The translations under genes and the position numbers were made by a program. Positions 38,330 to 50,233 of a DNA stretch of 64,000 bases are shown piece after piece. The stretch comes from Octopus vulgaris. Lineage: Eukaryota. Below the pieces are notes generated by a model. It had not been told where the DNA came from and ran no database searches. It saw only the letters and a program-made list of their open reading frames with translations. The first letter of the stretch is position 1. Every line of letters begins with the position of its first letter. The stretch covers positions 43,834,001 through 43,898,000 of the forward strand of contig OX597829.1 of assembly GCA_951406725.2 (NCBI GenBank), read 5' to 3'.

Positions 38330-38579
38330 CATGTCTATTTATATCTTCTTTTCTCTCTTTCCTTCTTTCTTATTTTCATTCTTCCTTTTTTTCTTCCTTC
38401 TCTCCTATTTACTTCTTTTTTGTTGTTGTCTATGAGTCTATCCTTTTCTTTCTTTCTTTCGCTGTCTATTTATACGCTTCTCTCGTTAGCTGCAGCACAG
38501 TGTTATGTTTTCCTCGTCGGAGTCTGCTTTCTTTTCTATAATGCAATGCCTAAATTTGCACAATGAGGCAAAATTATTA

Positions 38580-38830
38580 TTCTTTCATTCTTTAAATTCT
38601 TTTACTCATTTCCGTCATTTGACTGCGGTCATGCTGGAGCACCACCGTAAAAGGGGTTTTCAGTCGAAGAAATCGAATCCCGCCCTGGAGTTTTATACTT
38701 TGTAAATCTAGTACTTATTCCATCGATCTCTATTGCCGAACTGCTAAGTTACAGGGACGTAAACACCAATGTCGGTTGTCAAGCGATGGTGGGGGACAAA
38801 CACAGACACACACATACATAAACATATATA
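38580..38830 (-). mobile_element. SINE-A 3' half
   Basis: GTCATTTGACTGCGGTCATGCTGGAGCACC...GGGGGACAAACACAGACAC. Confidence 0.8.
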
Positions 38831-38839
38831 TATGGATAT

Positions 38840-38911
<72 letters not shown>

Positions 38912-38999
38912 CATATATATTATGCGTATGTATTTAGTTAGTGAATTATTTACATAATATTGAGGTCTCTTTCTTTCTTTTGATATCTTACCGTTTTAT

Positions 39000-39044
<45 letters not shown>

Positions 39045-39131
39045 TAAGTAGAGTTAGCGGTTGGATTAACCGTCTAAAGGATAACAATATCTGTCATTAC
39101 TACCGGTATAAATTACCTATATAAATATATA

Positions 39132-39300
39132 TGCAACGGGCTTCTTACAGTTTCCGTCTACTTAATCCACTCACAAGGTTGCTTTAGTCGGAACGAGGCT
39201 ATAGTCGAAAACGCTTGCTCAAGGTACCACGCAGTGGGACTGAATCCGAAGCCGAGCAGTTGGGAGCAAGCTTCTTACAACTCAACCACGCCTGAGCCTA
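39132..39300 (-). mobile_element. SINE-A 5' half
   Basis: AACGGGCTTCTTACAGTTTCCGTCTAC...GCAGTGGGACTGAATCC...ACCACGCCTGAGCCTA. Confidence 0.8.
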
Positions 39301-39302
39301 CA

Positions 39303-39699
39303 TCTTTATATATAAAAGTGAAGTTGTGTGTTTGTCTCCTACGATTTAGATTCCTAACTACTCCCACATTTTGCGGTGCAATTTAACCAAAACCTGGTAT
39401 CTTATAGCCGTGATTCATATCGAGCCCTTCTGGATATTAGCGCGCGTCTACGATGAGTCTACGATTTAAAAGAAAATTTACCATCATTTTTTTCCATTTT
39501 AATGCTTTTTTTCGCTATTATATAAGGGAAATAACTCTCTAAAAATGTCTACGATGAGTCAACGATTTAAAAAAAAATTTACCATCATTTTTTTTCCATT
39601 TTTAACGCATTTTTTTGCTAATTTTTGGCTATAACTCTCTAAAAATGCTTTATAGTTATTTCCCTTACAAACCCGAGCAACGCCGGGCAATACTGCTAG
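39303..39699 (+). mobile_element. Non-autonomous Helitron
   Basis: Inserted at A|T; 5' TC(TTTATATATAAAAGTGAAGTTG); 3' hairpin CCCG-AGCAACGC-CGGG then CTAG; internal ~100-bp tandem duplication. Confidence 0.85.
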
Positions 39700-40049
39700 T
39701 TAATAAATAAAATAATGAATAAATAAAAATCTTACCACAGTATTTGAGTATGGCCACAGTTCAAAGGTTGAAACAAGTAGAATAATAAGGAATAAACAAA
39801 CAAAAACCCCAAAAAAAAAAAAATTTCAAGGAAACCGTTCTTCTCGTCTAGACATAGCTTATACGTCGTGTTACCGGTTTCATAATGCTTAAAAATAAAG
39901 AGAATTTCAAGTTAATAGTTGATTCCGAAGTACTCGAAAGAATTTTGTCTTTTAATGAATGAATGAGATATTTTCCTTTCCTTCTATTTTCCCTCTGTCC
40001 TTTTCCTTGCAATCCACATGAGCAAATTTAGAAAACTTAAATAGAGTAT

Positions 40050-40129
40050 ATATGAAAATATGTATATGTATACAAATAAACACACTCACACATATATATA
40101 AACATATGTATACACATATACATACACTT

Positions 40130-40193
<64 letters not shown>

Positions 40194-40331
40194 TCATGTA
40201 TACACATGTACACACATATACATATGTATATATATATATATATATATCTATATATATATATATACACATGTATATGTGTGTATATATGTGTATATGTGTA
40301 TACATATATTTGTATATATGCGTGAGTGTGC

Positions 40332-40376
<45 letters not shown>

Positions 40377-40834
40377 GATTTATATATATATGTACGTACA
40401 TGCATATATATATATATTTATATACGTAGATAGATTAGACATAGGAGCGTACATACACACATACATACATGGATGTATATATACACACATAGGTATGTAC
40501 GTATGTACGTTTGCATGCATGTATGTATGTATGTATGTATGTCGGTATGTATGTATGTATGTATGTATGTTTGTATGTATGTACGTATGTATGTATGTAT
40601 GTATGTATGTATGTATGTATGCATGTATGTATATAAGTATGTATGTATGTACACTTCAAAGCATATGAATATATTTTTACATAGTTACAGCTTACGATGC
40701 TTAACTTCTCAACGTCAGCTATCAACTGATTTAAGCACTCTCTGACAATATTACTGTCTCCGGCAATGTCAAAAACCGGTATATTCTGACTGGAACACTT
40801 CTGCTGATTCTACGAATTTACGCTCTGTGTGTGC

Positions 40835-40877
<43 letters not shown>

Positions 40878-40947
40878 TGTGCATGTGTGAGTGTGTGTGT
40901 GTGTGTGAGTGTGTGTGTGTGTGCGTGTGTGTTTGTGTGTGTGTGTG

Positions 40948-40995
<48 letters not shown>

Positions 40996-41010
40996 TGTGT
41001 GTGTTGTGTA
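40050..41010. repeat. (TA)n/(TATG)n/(TG)n microsatellite cluster
   Basis: Direct reading. Confidence 0.85.
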
Positions 41011-41369
41011 GAGTGTTCCCCCCCCCCTGCGTAATGGCGGTTCGGAATTCGCGGTCTCGGTTATTCGCAGAACGAATAATTAATTGTTCGCGTAACCTCC
41101 GCATATTCGCGGAATCGTAAATATCTATCGTAATTTTTTTATGACTTCTTTCGTTGGCAATATATATATTTAGTTTTATTCACACCTTTTGAGGTTAAAT
41201 TATTAATAACGATATAATGTATTTGCCGGTTTATTGGAAAGCCCCTTCATAGCTGAAGCTCCTTCTGATTAGAATAGCCCCGCATCACGTCGCTTGATTA
41301 TTTTAGCTACAAATGCATTGTGGATTGTATCTCTTATTCCTGCTTTCAATCAAAGCTTGCTAATTAGTA

Positions 41370-41781
41370 TACTCTTTACTCATTTACTCATTTACTTGTT
41401 TCAGTCATTTGACTGCGGCCATGCTGGAGCACCGCCTTTAGTCGAGCAACACTCGACACCGGGACTTATTCTTTGTAAGCCCAGTACTTATTCTATCAGT
41501 CTCTTTTTGCCGAACCGCTAAGTAACGGGGACATAAACACACCAGCATCGGTTGTCAAGCAATGCTAGGGGGACAAACACAGACACACAAACACACATAT
41601 ATATATACATATATACGACGGGCTTCTTTCAGTTTCCGTCTACCAAATCCACTCACAAGGCTTTGGTCGGCCCGAGGCTATAGTAGAATACACTTGCCCA
41701 AGGTGCCATGCAGTGGGACTGAACCCGGACCCATGTGGTTGGTAAGCAAGCTACTTACCACACAGCCACTCCTGCGCCTAT
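41370..41781 (-). mobile_element. SINE-A, full length
   Basis: Reverse-complement match ending CCTGCGCCTA. Confidence 0.93.
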
Positions 41782-42052
41782 AGCGACATCTATATATATT
41801 TCTCTCTCTCTCTCTCTCTCTCCCTCTCCCCCTCTCTCTCACACACACATATTCTCTCTCTCTTTCTCATTGTATTTGTCTCTCAACAACAACTCATTGT
41901 AGTGAATGTATATCTCACCAGTAATTACTTGGGCTACAAGACAACAGATTAAAGATGTATACAACACGAGACTGTTGAGAATCAGAAAGAAGAGAAAAGG
42001 AGAGATTGTGGTTGTGTGGTTACTATTTCTGTGGGTGTGTGGTTACTATTTT

Positions 42053-42272
42053 AAGGCGGCGAGCTGGCAGAAACGTTAGCACGCCGGGCGAAATGCTTAG
42101 CGTTACGTTGTGAGTTCAAATTCCGCCGAGGTCGACTTTGCCTTTCATCCTTTCGGGGTCGACAAATTAAGTACCAGTTACGCACTGGGGGGTCGATGTA
42201 ATCGACTTAATATCTATGTCTGTCCTTGTTTGTCCGCTCTGTGTTTAGCTCCTTGTGGGTAATAAAGAAATA
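42053..42272 (+). mobile_element. SINE-B monomer with TSD
   Basis: GGTTACTATTT at 42041-42051 and 42273-42283. Confidence 0.9.
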
Positions 42273-42341
42273 GGTTACTATTTCTGTGTGTGCATGTGTG
42301 AGTGAATGGATGAGTATGTGTGTGTGTGTGAGTGAATGAGT

Positions 42342-42376
<35 letters not shown>

Positions 42377-42640
42377 TGAATGAGTGTGTGTGTGTGTGGG
42401 GGGGGGGTGTTTGCAAACAAGTGTAAAACTTAAGTATTTACTAAACATCTGCGGTCAATCTGTTGCTTGTCCAAATTTCGCAATCACGTGAAACCTATCA
42501 CGTGACTAAAGCCTGCGCTACAAATCACAGGTACAAATGACAAATAAACTTAGATATGGGTGACGTCTCTCGCACAAAAGAAAATCCATGCACTTATATT
42601 AATAAACAACAAAAAAAAATGCAACTAGACATAGTATATG

Positions 42641-42805
42641 TACGAAGGCGTGCTGAAAAAAAGTCCCTGGCTTTAAGAATATCGCGAAAGGTCTCACTGG
42701 ACGTTCAATCTTCCAAATTCTTTTACAGGGCTTAGAAGAACTGAAGGACTGTCGCAATAAGTATGAGAATTTGAGAGGGAAATACGTTGAATAAAATCAT
42801 AATCA
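42641..42805 (+). mobile_element. Mariner-derived MITE (truncated by a SINE-A stub at 42806-42857)
   Basis: TIR-like TACGAAGGCGTGCTGAAAAAAAGTCCCTGGCTT; encodes LQGLEELKDCRNKYENLRGKYVE*, like a mariner transposase C-terminus; opposite-strand copy at 49754-49962. Confidence 0.75.
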
Positions 42806-42944
42806 AGGCGTAGGAGTGGCTGTGTGGTAAGTAACTTGTTTACCAACCACATGGTGGGTAGTAAAGAAATATATATACATTTATATGTAGGTATATACAT
42901 AAATGTACGTATATATGAATATATTTATATATTATCTATACTAT

Positions 42945-43290
42945 TATATGTATGTATGTATGTGTGTATGTATGTATGTATGTATGTATGTATGCATGTA
43001 TGTATGTATGTATATTTGTATGTATGTATGTATGTATGTTTGTAGGTATGTATGTATGTATGTATGTATGTACGTATGTATGTATGTATGTATGTATGTT
43101 TGTATGTATGTATGTATGTATGTATGTATGTATGTATGTATGTATGTATGTATATTTGTATGTATGTATGTATGTATATTTGTATGTATGTATGTATGTA
43201 TATTTGTATGTATGTATGTATGTATGTATGTATGTATGTATGTATGTATGTATGTATGTATGTATGTATGTATGTATGTATGTATGTATG

Positions 43291-43351
<61 letters not shown>

Positions 43352-43360
43352 CATGCATGT
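42945..43360. repeat. (TATG)n microsatellite
   Basis: Direct reading. Confidence 0.92.
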
Positions 43361-43802
43361 ATTCGCTTCTCAGCTATTCGCTTCATAGTCCGTCAGCCAT
43401 TTTTTTGTAACTAAGCCATCTATATATCATTACAGTTTTACTCTGTTGCACATTATCATTTCTCTTTCTCGCTCTACATTTATTTATCTTTTCTTTACCT
43501 ATTTATAAATCTCCTTCACAGACACACATACGCAAGTAGTAGATGGTTCATACACACACAGTTTAACGCGCACGGACTTATATACATTTCATACTTAACA
43601 CGCACAGCACTCATATATTTATAGACGCATACATATATATATATATATATGTCGCTTGAACACACGCATGCGTGCGCGCATCTACACACACATACACACA
43701 CACACACACACATATATTTTTACACATACACATTTACATACTCATGCATTAGTACCGAAATAGTCTCAGACATTTCTGTTCAAAATTTGCGAGACTGTAC
43801 TT

Positions 43803-43949
43803 CTGCGCAATTTGGTGTTTATATATGTGTGTGTGCGTATGCGTTTATTCTGTGTGTATTCATATGTATGTGTGTATGATTGCGTGTGTATGCTTGTACG
43901 TGTGTGTGTGTGAGTGCGCGCGCGCCTGTGTGCGTGCGTGTGTGCGTGC

Positions 43950-43989
<40 letters not shown>

Positions 43990-44085
43990 CGACTGCGCAA
44001 TTTGGTGTTTATATGTGTGTGTGCGTATGCGTTTATTTTGTGTGTATTCATATGTATGTGTGTATGATTGCGTGTGTATGCTTGT

Positions 44086-44133
<48 letters not shown>

Positions 44134-44149
44134 GCGTGTGTGTGTGTGT

Positions 44150-44185
<36 letters not shown>

Positions 44186-44192
44186 GTATCGA
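43803..44192. repeat. ~190-bp tandem duplication of a TG-rich unit
   Basis: CTGCGCAATTTGGTGTTTATAT...ATGATTGCGTGTGTATGCTTGTACGTG at about 43803 and 43993. Confidence 0.85.
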
Positions 44193-44749
44193 CTCCCCTT
44201 TCTTATTACCTTTCAAATAAGCGTCAATTTCAACTTGACAATCTATTTTTATTCACTAATGAGGGATCTATTCTCTTGTCTGTGAGGAATATATCTCAAC
44301 TGCTTGCTCCAAAGAGCATCAAGTTTCATAGTTTCGCTGTAGATAATTCTTCGAGATAATTATTTTATCATGCGACTCTTTCATGAATCTCCATGCGCTT
44401 TCACTAATATTATGTGTGAGTGTGTGTGTGTGTGCGTGTGTGCGTGTATAAATTTATTAGAAAATATATTCACATATACATGCGTACGTCAAGCGTTTAT
44501 ATAATTTACTCGCACACAAAAATGTATATCTAAACACACACACACACACACACAATCACACACACGCTCACACACACACACGCACAGATGCACACACACC
44601 CAAACACATGTATGTATACACGTAGAAATACGCATAATCTTTTGAGTGTGTATATGCATATATATATATATATAAGCAAGTATATATATTTGTGTGCATA
44701 AAAATACACGCATACACATGTACATACATACGTACAGACACAGACATCT

Positions 44750-45270
44750 ACACACATACATTCACACACATACATTCATGCATATATACATGCATGCATA
44801 CATACACACATACATTCATGCATAAATACATACATATATGTATTCAGGCAAACGTACATACATACATGCTTACATACAGTCATACATACTTGCATACATA
44901 CATACTTGCATACATACATACATACATACATACATACACACATGTATGCATGCATACATACATGCATGCATGCATGCATGCATACATACATACATACATA
45001 CATACATACATACTTGCATACATACATACATACATACATACATACATACATACATACTTGCATACATACATACATACATACATACACACATGTATGCATG
45101 CATACATACATACATGCATGCATGCATGCATACATACATACATACATACATGCATGCAAACATACATACATACATACATACATACATACATACATACATA
45201 CATACATACATACATACATACATGCATGCATGCATTCACACACACATACACACACAGACACACATACACG
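44750..45270. repeat. (TACA)n/(TGCA)n microsatellite
   Basis: Direct reading. Confidence 0.9.
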
Positions 45271-45752
45271 TTCCGAATGTATTAATGAAAGAATATGTAC
45301 ATAGCCCAACCAGTGGAATTGTTGTTGTGGCGTAACGTGGGGTCTGATGACTGAGTTCGAACCACTTTTTGGTGACTCGATCATTCCATCAGATGCCCAG
45401 ATTGGGCCTCAGACTGCATAGGTGGAAGGCAATGGCGATGCCACTCTTATACGGAGTAGATGCTCCGTAAAATAGTGTGAAGGAAATCGAAGCTGTGCAG
45501 GCTATAACTTCAGTACAAAGGGTCATTTTACATTTAAGTATCTGTTCTGCAAGTTCCTGTTGTGAAATCGTGTGTTGAAACAGATATTGTTATTTTTCGG
45601 GATGGCCATTTATATTTTCAAATAAACAGATACACTATATATTGGTTCAGATTTATCATTGATCTTATTTTATGTCCTTTATAAGGAAATGTTTCGTCAC
45701 ATATCCTGTGACCTCTTCAGTGACTTTTCCTCCTACGTATCAAATCCTGTTC

Positions 45753-45934
45753 TGTTTAGTACATTGTGTCAGAGTGGACTAAACATAGGCGCAGGAGTGG
45801 CTGTGTGGTAAGTAGCTTATTTGCCAACAACATGGTTTTGCGTGGCACCTTGGGTAAGTGTCTTCTACTATAGCTTCGGGCCGACCAAAGCTTTGTGAGT
45901 GGATTTGGTTGGCGGAAACTGAAAGAAGCCCGTC

Positions 45935-46001
<67 letters not shown>

Positions 46002-46550
46002 TGTGTATGTATGTTTGTGTGTCTGTGTTTGTCCTTCCAACATCACTTGACAACCGATGCTGGTGTGTTTACGTCCCCTTAACTTAGAGGTTCGGCAAAA
46101 GAGACCGATAGAATATGTACTAGGCTTGCAAAGAATAATTCCTGGGGGTCAATTTGCTCGACTAAAAGGCGGTGCTCCAGCATGGCCGCCGTCAAATGAC
46201 TGAAACAAGTAAAAGAATAAAAGAATAAACAAATTCTCGTTCTCAAACAAGCTACTAATGAGGCTGATCTTCTAGTATTTCTGCAGATTTCAGATTCTAG
46301 AGATAGGGGTTCAAAGATGGTGAAGCCGAGTTATGTAGATATGTAGGCAACGAGTTAGCAGTTTTTCGTGATAATGTTAGTGAAGCTTTCATGACCTTGA
46401 CCCAACACTTTTGTCTTCTTTAGACTGAAAATCAAAGGCTCTTGCGGGTTGCCAATGAGGCGTCCTTCTCCGAGTATACTGTATGTGTTGCACTATCTGC
46501 AAAGGGCGCGTCCCTGATGTTTACTTTGCGTATTCTGGTTTTGCACGTCG
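45753..46550 (-). pseudogene. Old RTE-clade reverse transcriptase fragment interrupted by SINE-A
   Basis: Minus KTRIRKVNIRDAPFADSA (decayed xLFADD)...SLKKTKVLGQ...*LGFTIFEPLSLESEI...LRTRI / TLTQCTK; several stops and frameshifts. Confidence 0.75.
45786..46225 (+). mobile_element. SINE-A with 6-bp TSD
   Basis: TAAACA at 45780-45785 and 46226-46231. Confidence 0.9.
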
Positions 46551-47036
46551 GTGCATACAGGCTTACATAACCTTGTGTGAAGTTATAAATTATCAATTAA
46601 TGTTCCAAAGGTGTGCTTCAGCATGACAACAAAGAAATTACCAAAGAAGGTAGAGGTGAACATACAGCTCTGTTTCACTCCACTACAAATACTGAAAGAT
46701 TTCAAGGAAGATCCATCAAACTGCATAAAACTTCCCCTGTTCGTTTAGAATGAATGAACAATCTTGGCAGCTATTTTGAACTGGCTGCCTCTATTCACAA
46801 GGCTAAAAGCCTTCATGAGATCAATAAAAGCGATATAGAGTGGTCGTATTCTTTTGTGCTTTTATTTGCTAACCATGCAGCTGCGGTCATGGTGGAGCAC
46901 CATTGGGATTTTGCACCGTTACTTATGATTCTCCTTCGGCTGATTTCCTCAGATAGTAGGGCTTCACGTCACCACTTCTGTATGTGCCTTTGTCCCGGGT
47001 TTAAGCCCATTTGGTGTACGAAGGAGATTAACACCC

Positions 47037-47912
47037 TTTTCTCCACTTCACCGTTTTCTATTTGTTTTTCTCTCCCCTCTTTCTCTTTTTCTCTCTCATT
47101 GCTCACATGTGACCATCGTCCATCTTTCATTTATTATCGTGACCATCTTTCTTTTCCTCCAGCACCTCCTAAGGACTGGACGTCATCTATCGCTCTCTTC
47201 TATCTTTTCACTCTTCCAAGAAAATATTTCTCCAGAATTCGCTATTTTACTCTCGTTCTGGTCTAACGACCCTCCATGTTTGTTTTTGTTTGGTTTCCTT
47301 GTGTGAATCCACTGTCCTGTCTGTACATCATTCCGTTTCGTCGGTTAATCCGGTATTGTGGAGAGGAGAATGTCTAGTTCCTTAGTTTCTTAGTTTTTAT
47401 GGCAGGGCATTGAAGAGCCTTGAAGACTGAAGGCTTTCGTGCGATCAATACGAGCGATGTAGAGCGGCTGAAATACGCTCTCTGTGTTTTCTTGTAGTTG
47501 TCGAAGTGAGAAGTTCGTGTCAAATGTGAAGTGTTCTAATAGGAAGCCTCATCGAGTGAACGGCAGAGACAAGACTTAACCAAGGGGAAGTAAATCTGTC
47601 GTTCCTATGAGTTACTGTAGTGACAATCTTCGTTCCGCTTTAGCATATACTGTGTACTATATTGGGAACATAACACTCCTACGAAGAGATATTATGTCAG
47701 ACATTTTTGCTGCATTATGCCTTCTTACGGTGTATTTACATTTAGTATATTTCTCTCTCCCTTTCGCTATCTTTCTCTTTCTGTTTCTCTCTCCATCACT
47801 CCCTCCCACTGTGTTTCTCTCTCCGGCTCTCTATCCATCACTCTCTCTCTCTCTTTTTTATTCTCTCCCTTCTCTGTCTGCAATCCGTGTGTGTGTGTGT
47901 GTGTGTGTATAA

Positions 47913-47989
<77 letters not shown>

Positions 47990-48014
47990 AAATTGATTGA
48001 TAGACAGACAGACG

Positions 48015-48103
<89 letters not shown>

Positions 48104-48985
48104 AATATTTTTTATCTGTGATTAATCTGTTACTTCATATATTGATGCTTCCCGCTGTTGATGGCTGCTCATTTAACTAATTTACGATCAAACGACTGGA
48201 TATATTTTGTATATAAATACGAACACCTTTATTGTTATTTTATTCAGCAAACAGCTGTACACGAAACTCAATGAAGTAAGAGGGAATATATTTAGCAACG
48301 CTAACACTAAATAAACAATAATCTACATCTATCTATGGCGGACATTTTTTTTGTTGCTTATTAATTAAAACGTGCATAAGTATGTGTGGGTACATATACA
48401 TAACTTAACCTTTTTGATGCGAATCCACTCCATACCTATTTCTTTATTACCCACAAGGGGCTAAACACAGAGGGGACAAACAAGGACAGACATAGGTATT
48501 AAGTCGATTACACCGACCCCAGTGCGTAACTGGTACTCAATATATCGACCCCGAAAGGATGAAAGACAAAGTCGACCTCGGCGGAATTCGAACTCACAAC
48601 GTAACGCAGACGAAATACCGCTAAGCATTTCGCCCGGCGTGCTAACGTTTCTGCCAGCTCGCCGCCGTTTTCTTCCCCATCCTTCTCTAATTCCCTTTTC
48701 TCCACTTCACCGTTTTCTATCTGTTTCTCTCTCCCCTCTTTCTCTTTTTCTCTCTCTCGTTGCTCACATGTGACCATCGTCCATCTTTCATTTATTATCG
48801 TGACCATCTTTCTTTTCCTCCAGCACTTCCTAAGGACTGGACGTCATCTATCGCTCTCTTCTATCTTTTCACTCTTCCAAGAAAATATTTCTCCAGAATT
48901 CACTATTTTGCTCTCGTTCTGGTCTCACGACCCTCCATGTTTGTTTTCGTTTGGTTACCTTGTGTGAATCCACTGTCCTGTCTTT
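47037..48985. repeat. ~285-bp direct repeat (47037-47322 and 48697-48983)
   Basis: TTTTCTCCACTTCACCGTTTTCTAT...GTGTGAATCCACTGTCCTGTCT in both, with scattered substitutions. Confidence 0.9.
48435..48666 (-). mobile_element. SINE-B monomer
   Basis: CCTATTTCTTTATTACCCACAAGGGG...TCTGCCAGCTCGCCGCC. Confidence 0.9.
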
Positions 48986-49256
48986 CTTCCCAACTTTGAC
49001 CCTCCATAAATGAAAAATTTTATTTTGGTATTTATAGAGCAGCTGTCTTCGAAGACTCATATTGTTGTTCAATGCTCGAAATGAGGAATAGATAGACAAC
49101 CGACAAATGATGAAGGGTCGTTCTTTGTGTTACTTGCCCTGTTTTTACGTATTTCATGTTGTTTGCACAATTGGTGATGTCCTGTTCTATACATATGTAT
49201 ACATATATAATTTAATATTATTATATAATTGACCCCGCTACGCATCCATTTCCAAG

Positions 49257-49314
<58 letters not shown>

Positions 49315-49329
49315 GGATAGCTAGTAGCT

Positions 49330-49609
49330 AGATAGATCGATATCATGGACTCACCCGTCGTTAGAATAACCACATAGATGATTTGTTTATTGTGATCAAA
49401 TGCTTGTGTTCACATGAGCTCACTCCCTCCGTCAGCTCGACCATACATGTACAGGTGCAACTGGATTCCACATGTCAGATGACGAAACGATCGCAGAGCA
49501 ACGTGAATTGAAATGCTTTGCTCGAGAACACAACGCAACACCCAATCTGGGAATCGAACCCATGATTATGCAATAGTGTGTGCAATACCCCAACCACTGA
49601 GCCATGCGC

Positions 49610-49612
<3 letters not shown>
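49330..49612 (-). mobile_element. SINE with family D head and a different 3' tail
   Basis: Minus AGGCGCATGGCTCAGTGGTTGGGG...GGGTTCGATTCCCAGA...TTGTGTTCTCGAGCAAAGCATTTCAATTCACGTTGCTC. Confidence 0.65.
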
Positions 49613-49640
<28 letters not shown>

Positions 49641-49753
49641 CATATATACGTACACAACCACACACACACAACACACACAAATATATAGCTATAAATAAAA
49701 AATAAATATAGATAATATATGTATATACATGTATATATATACGCATTCATATG

Positions 49754-49962
49754 TACGAGGGTTGCTGAAACCTTCCTGGTTTCGGGTAAAAGAAAATACA
49801 GGAGTATCTGTTAATTATGATCTTATCCAACATATCCCCCTCTCAGATTCACACACCTCTTCAGTCTTTCTAGGCCCTGTAAAGGAACTCGAAAGTTTTG
49901 GCCTCAGCCGGACCCTTCGCGGCACCCTTAAAGCCAGGAACTATTCAACGCCCCATCGCATA
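49754..49962 (-). mobile_element. Mariner-derived MITE, both TIRs
   Basis: TACGAGGGTTGCTGAAACCTTCCTGG ... CCAGGAACTATTCAACGCCCCATCGCATA; interior is the reverse complement of 42641-42805. Confidence 0.75.
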
Positions 49963-50179
49963 TATATCCATCTATCCATCCATCCATCCATCCATCTACA
50001 CGCACAGACACACACACACACATACACGCACACATACGCACACGCACACACACGCGCATACACAGGCACACACACACACATATAATAAAATATATCTGCA
50101 CAAACACACACAGATATATTGATATAAAAATGGATATACATAATGCATGTATATGTATATATATACATATATATATGCA

Positions 50180-50233
<54 letters not shown>

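Noticed and set aside
41025-41125. CpG-rich TTCGCG motif cluster resembling a DNA-transposon subterminal region
   Set aside because: No partner TIR or coding sequence found
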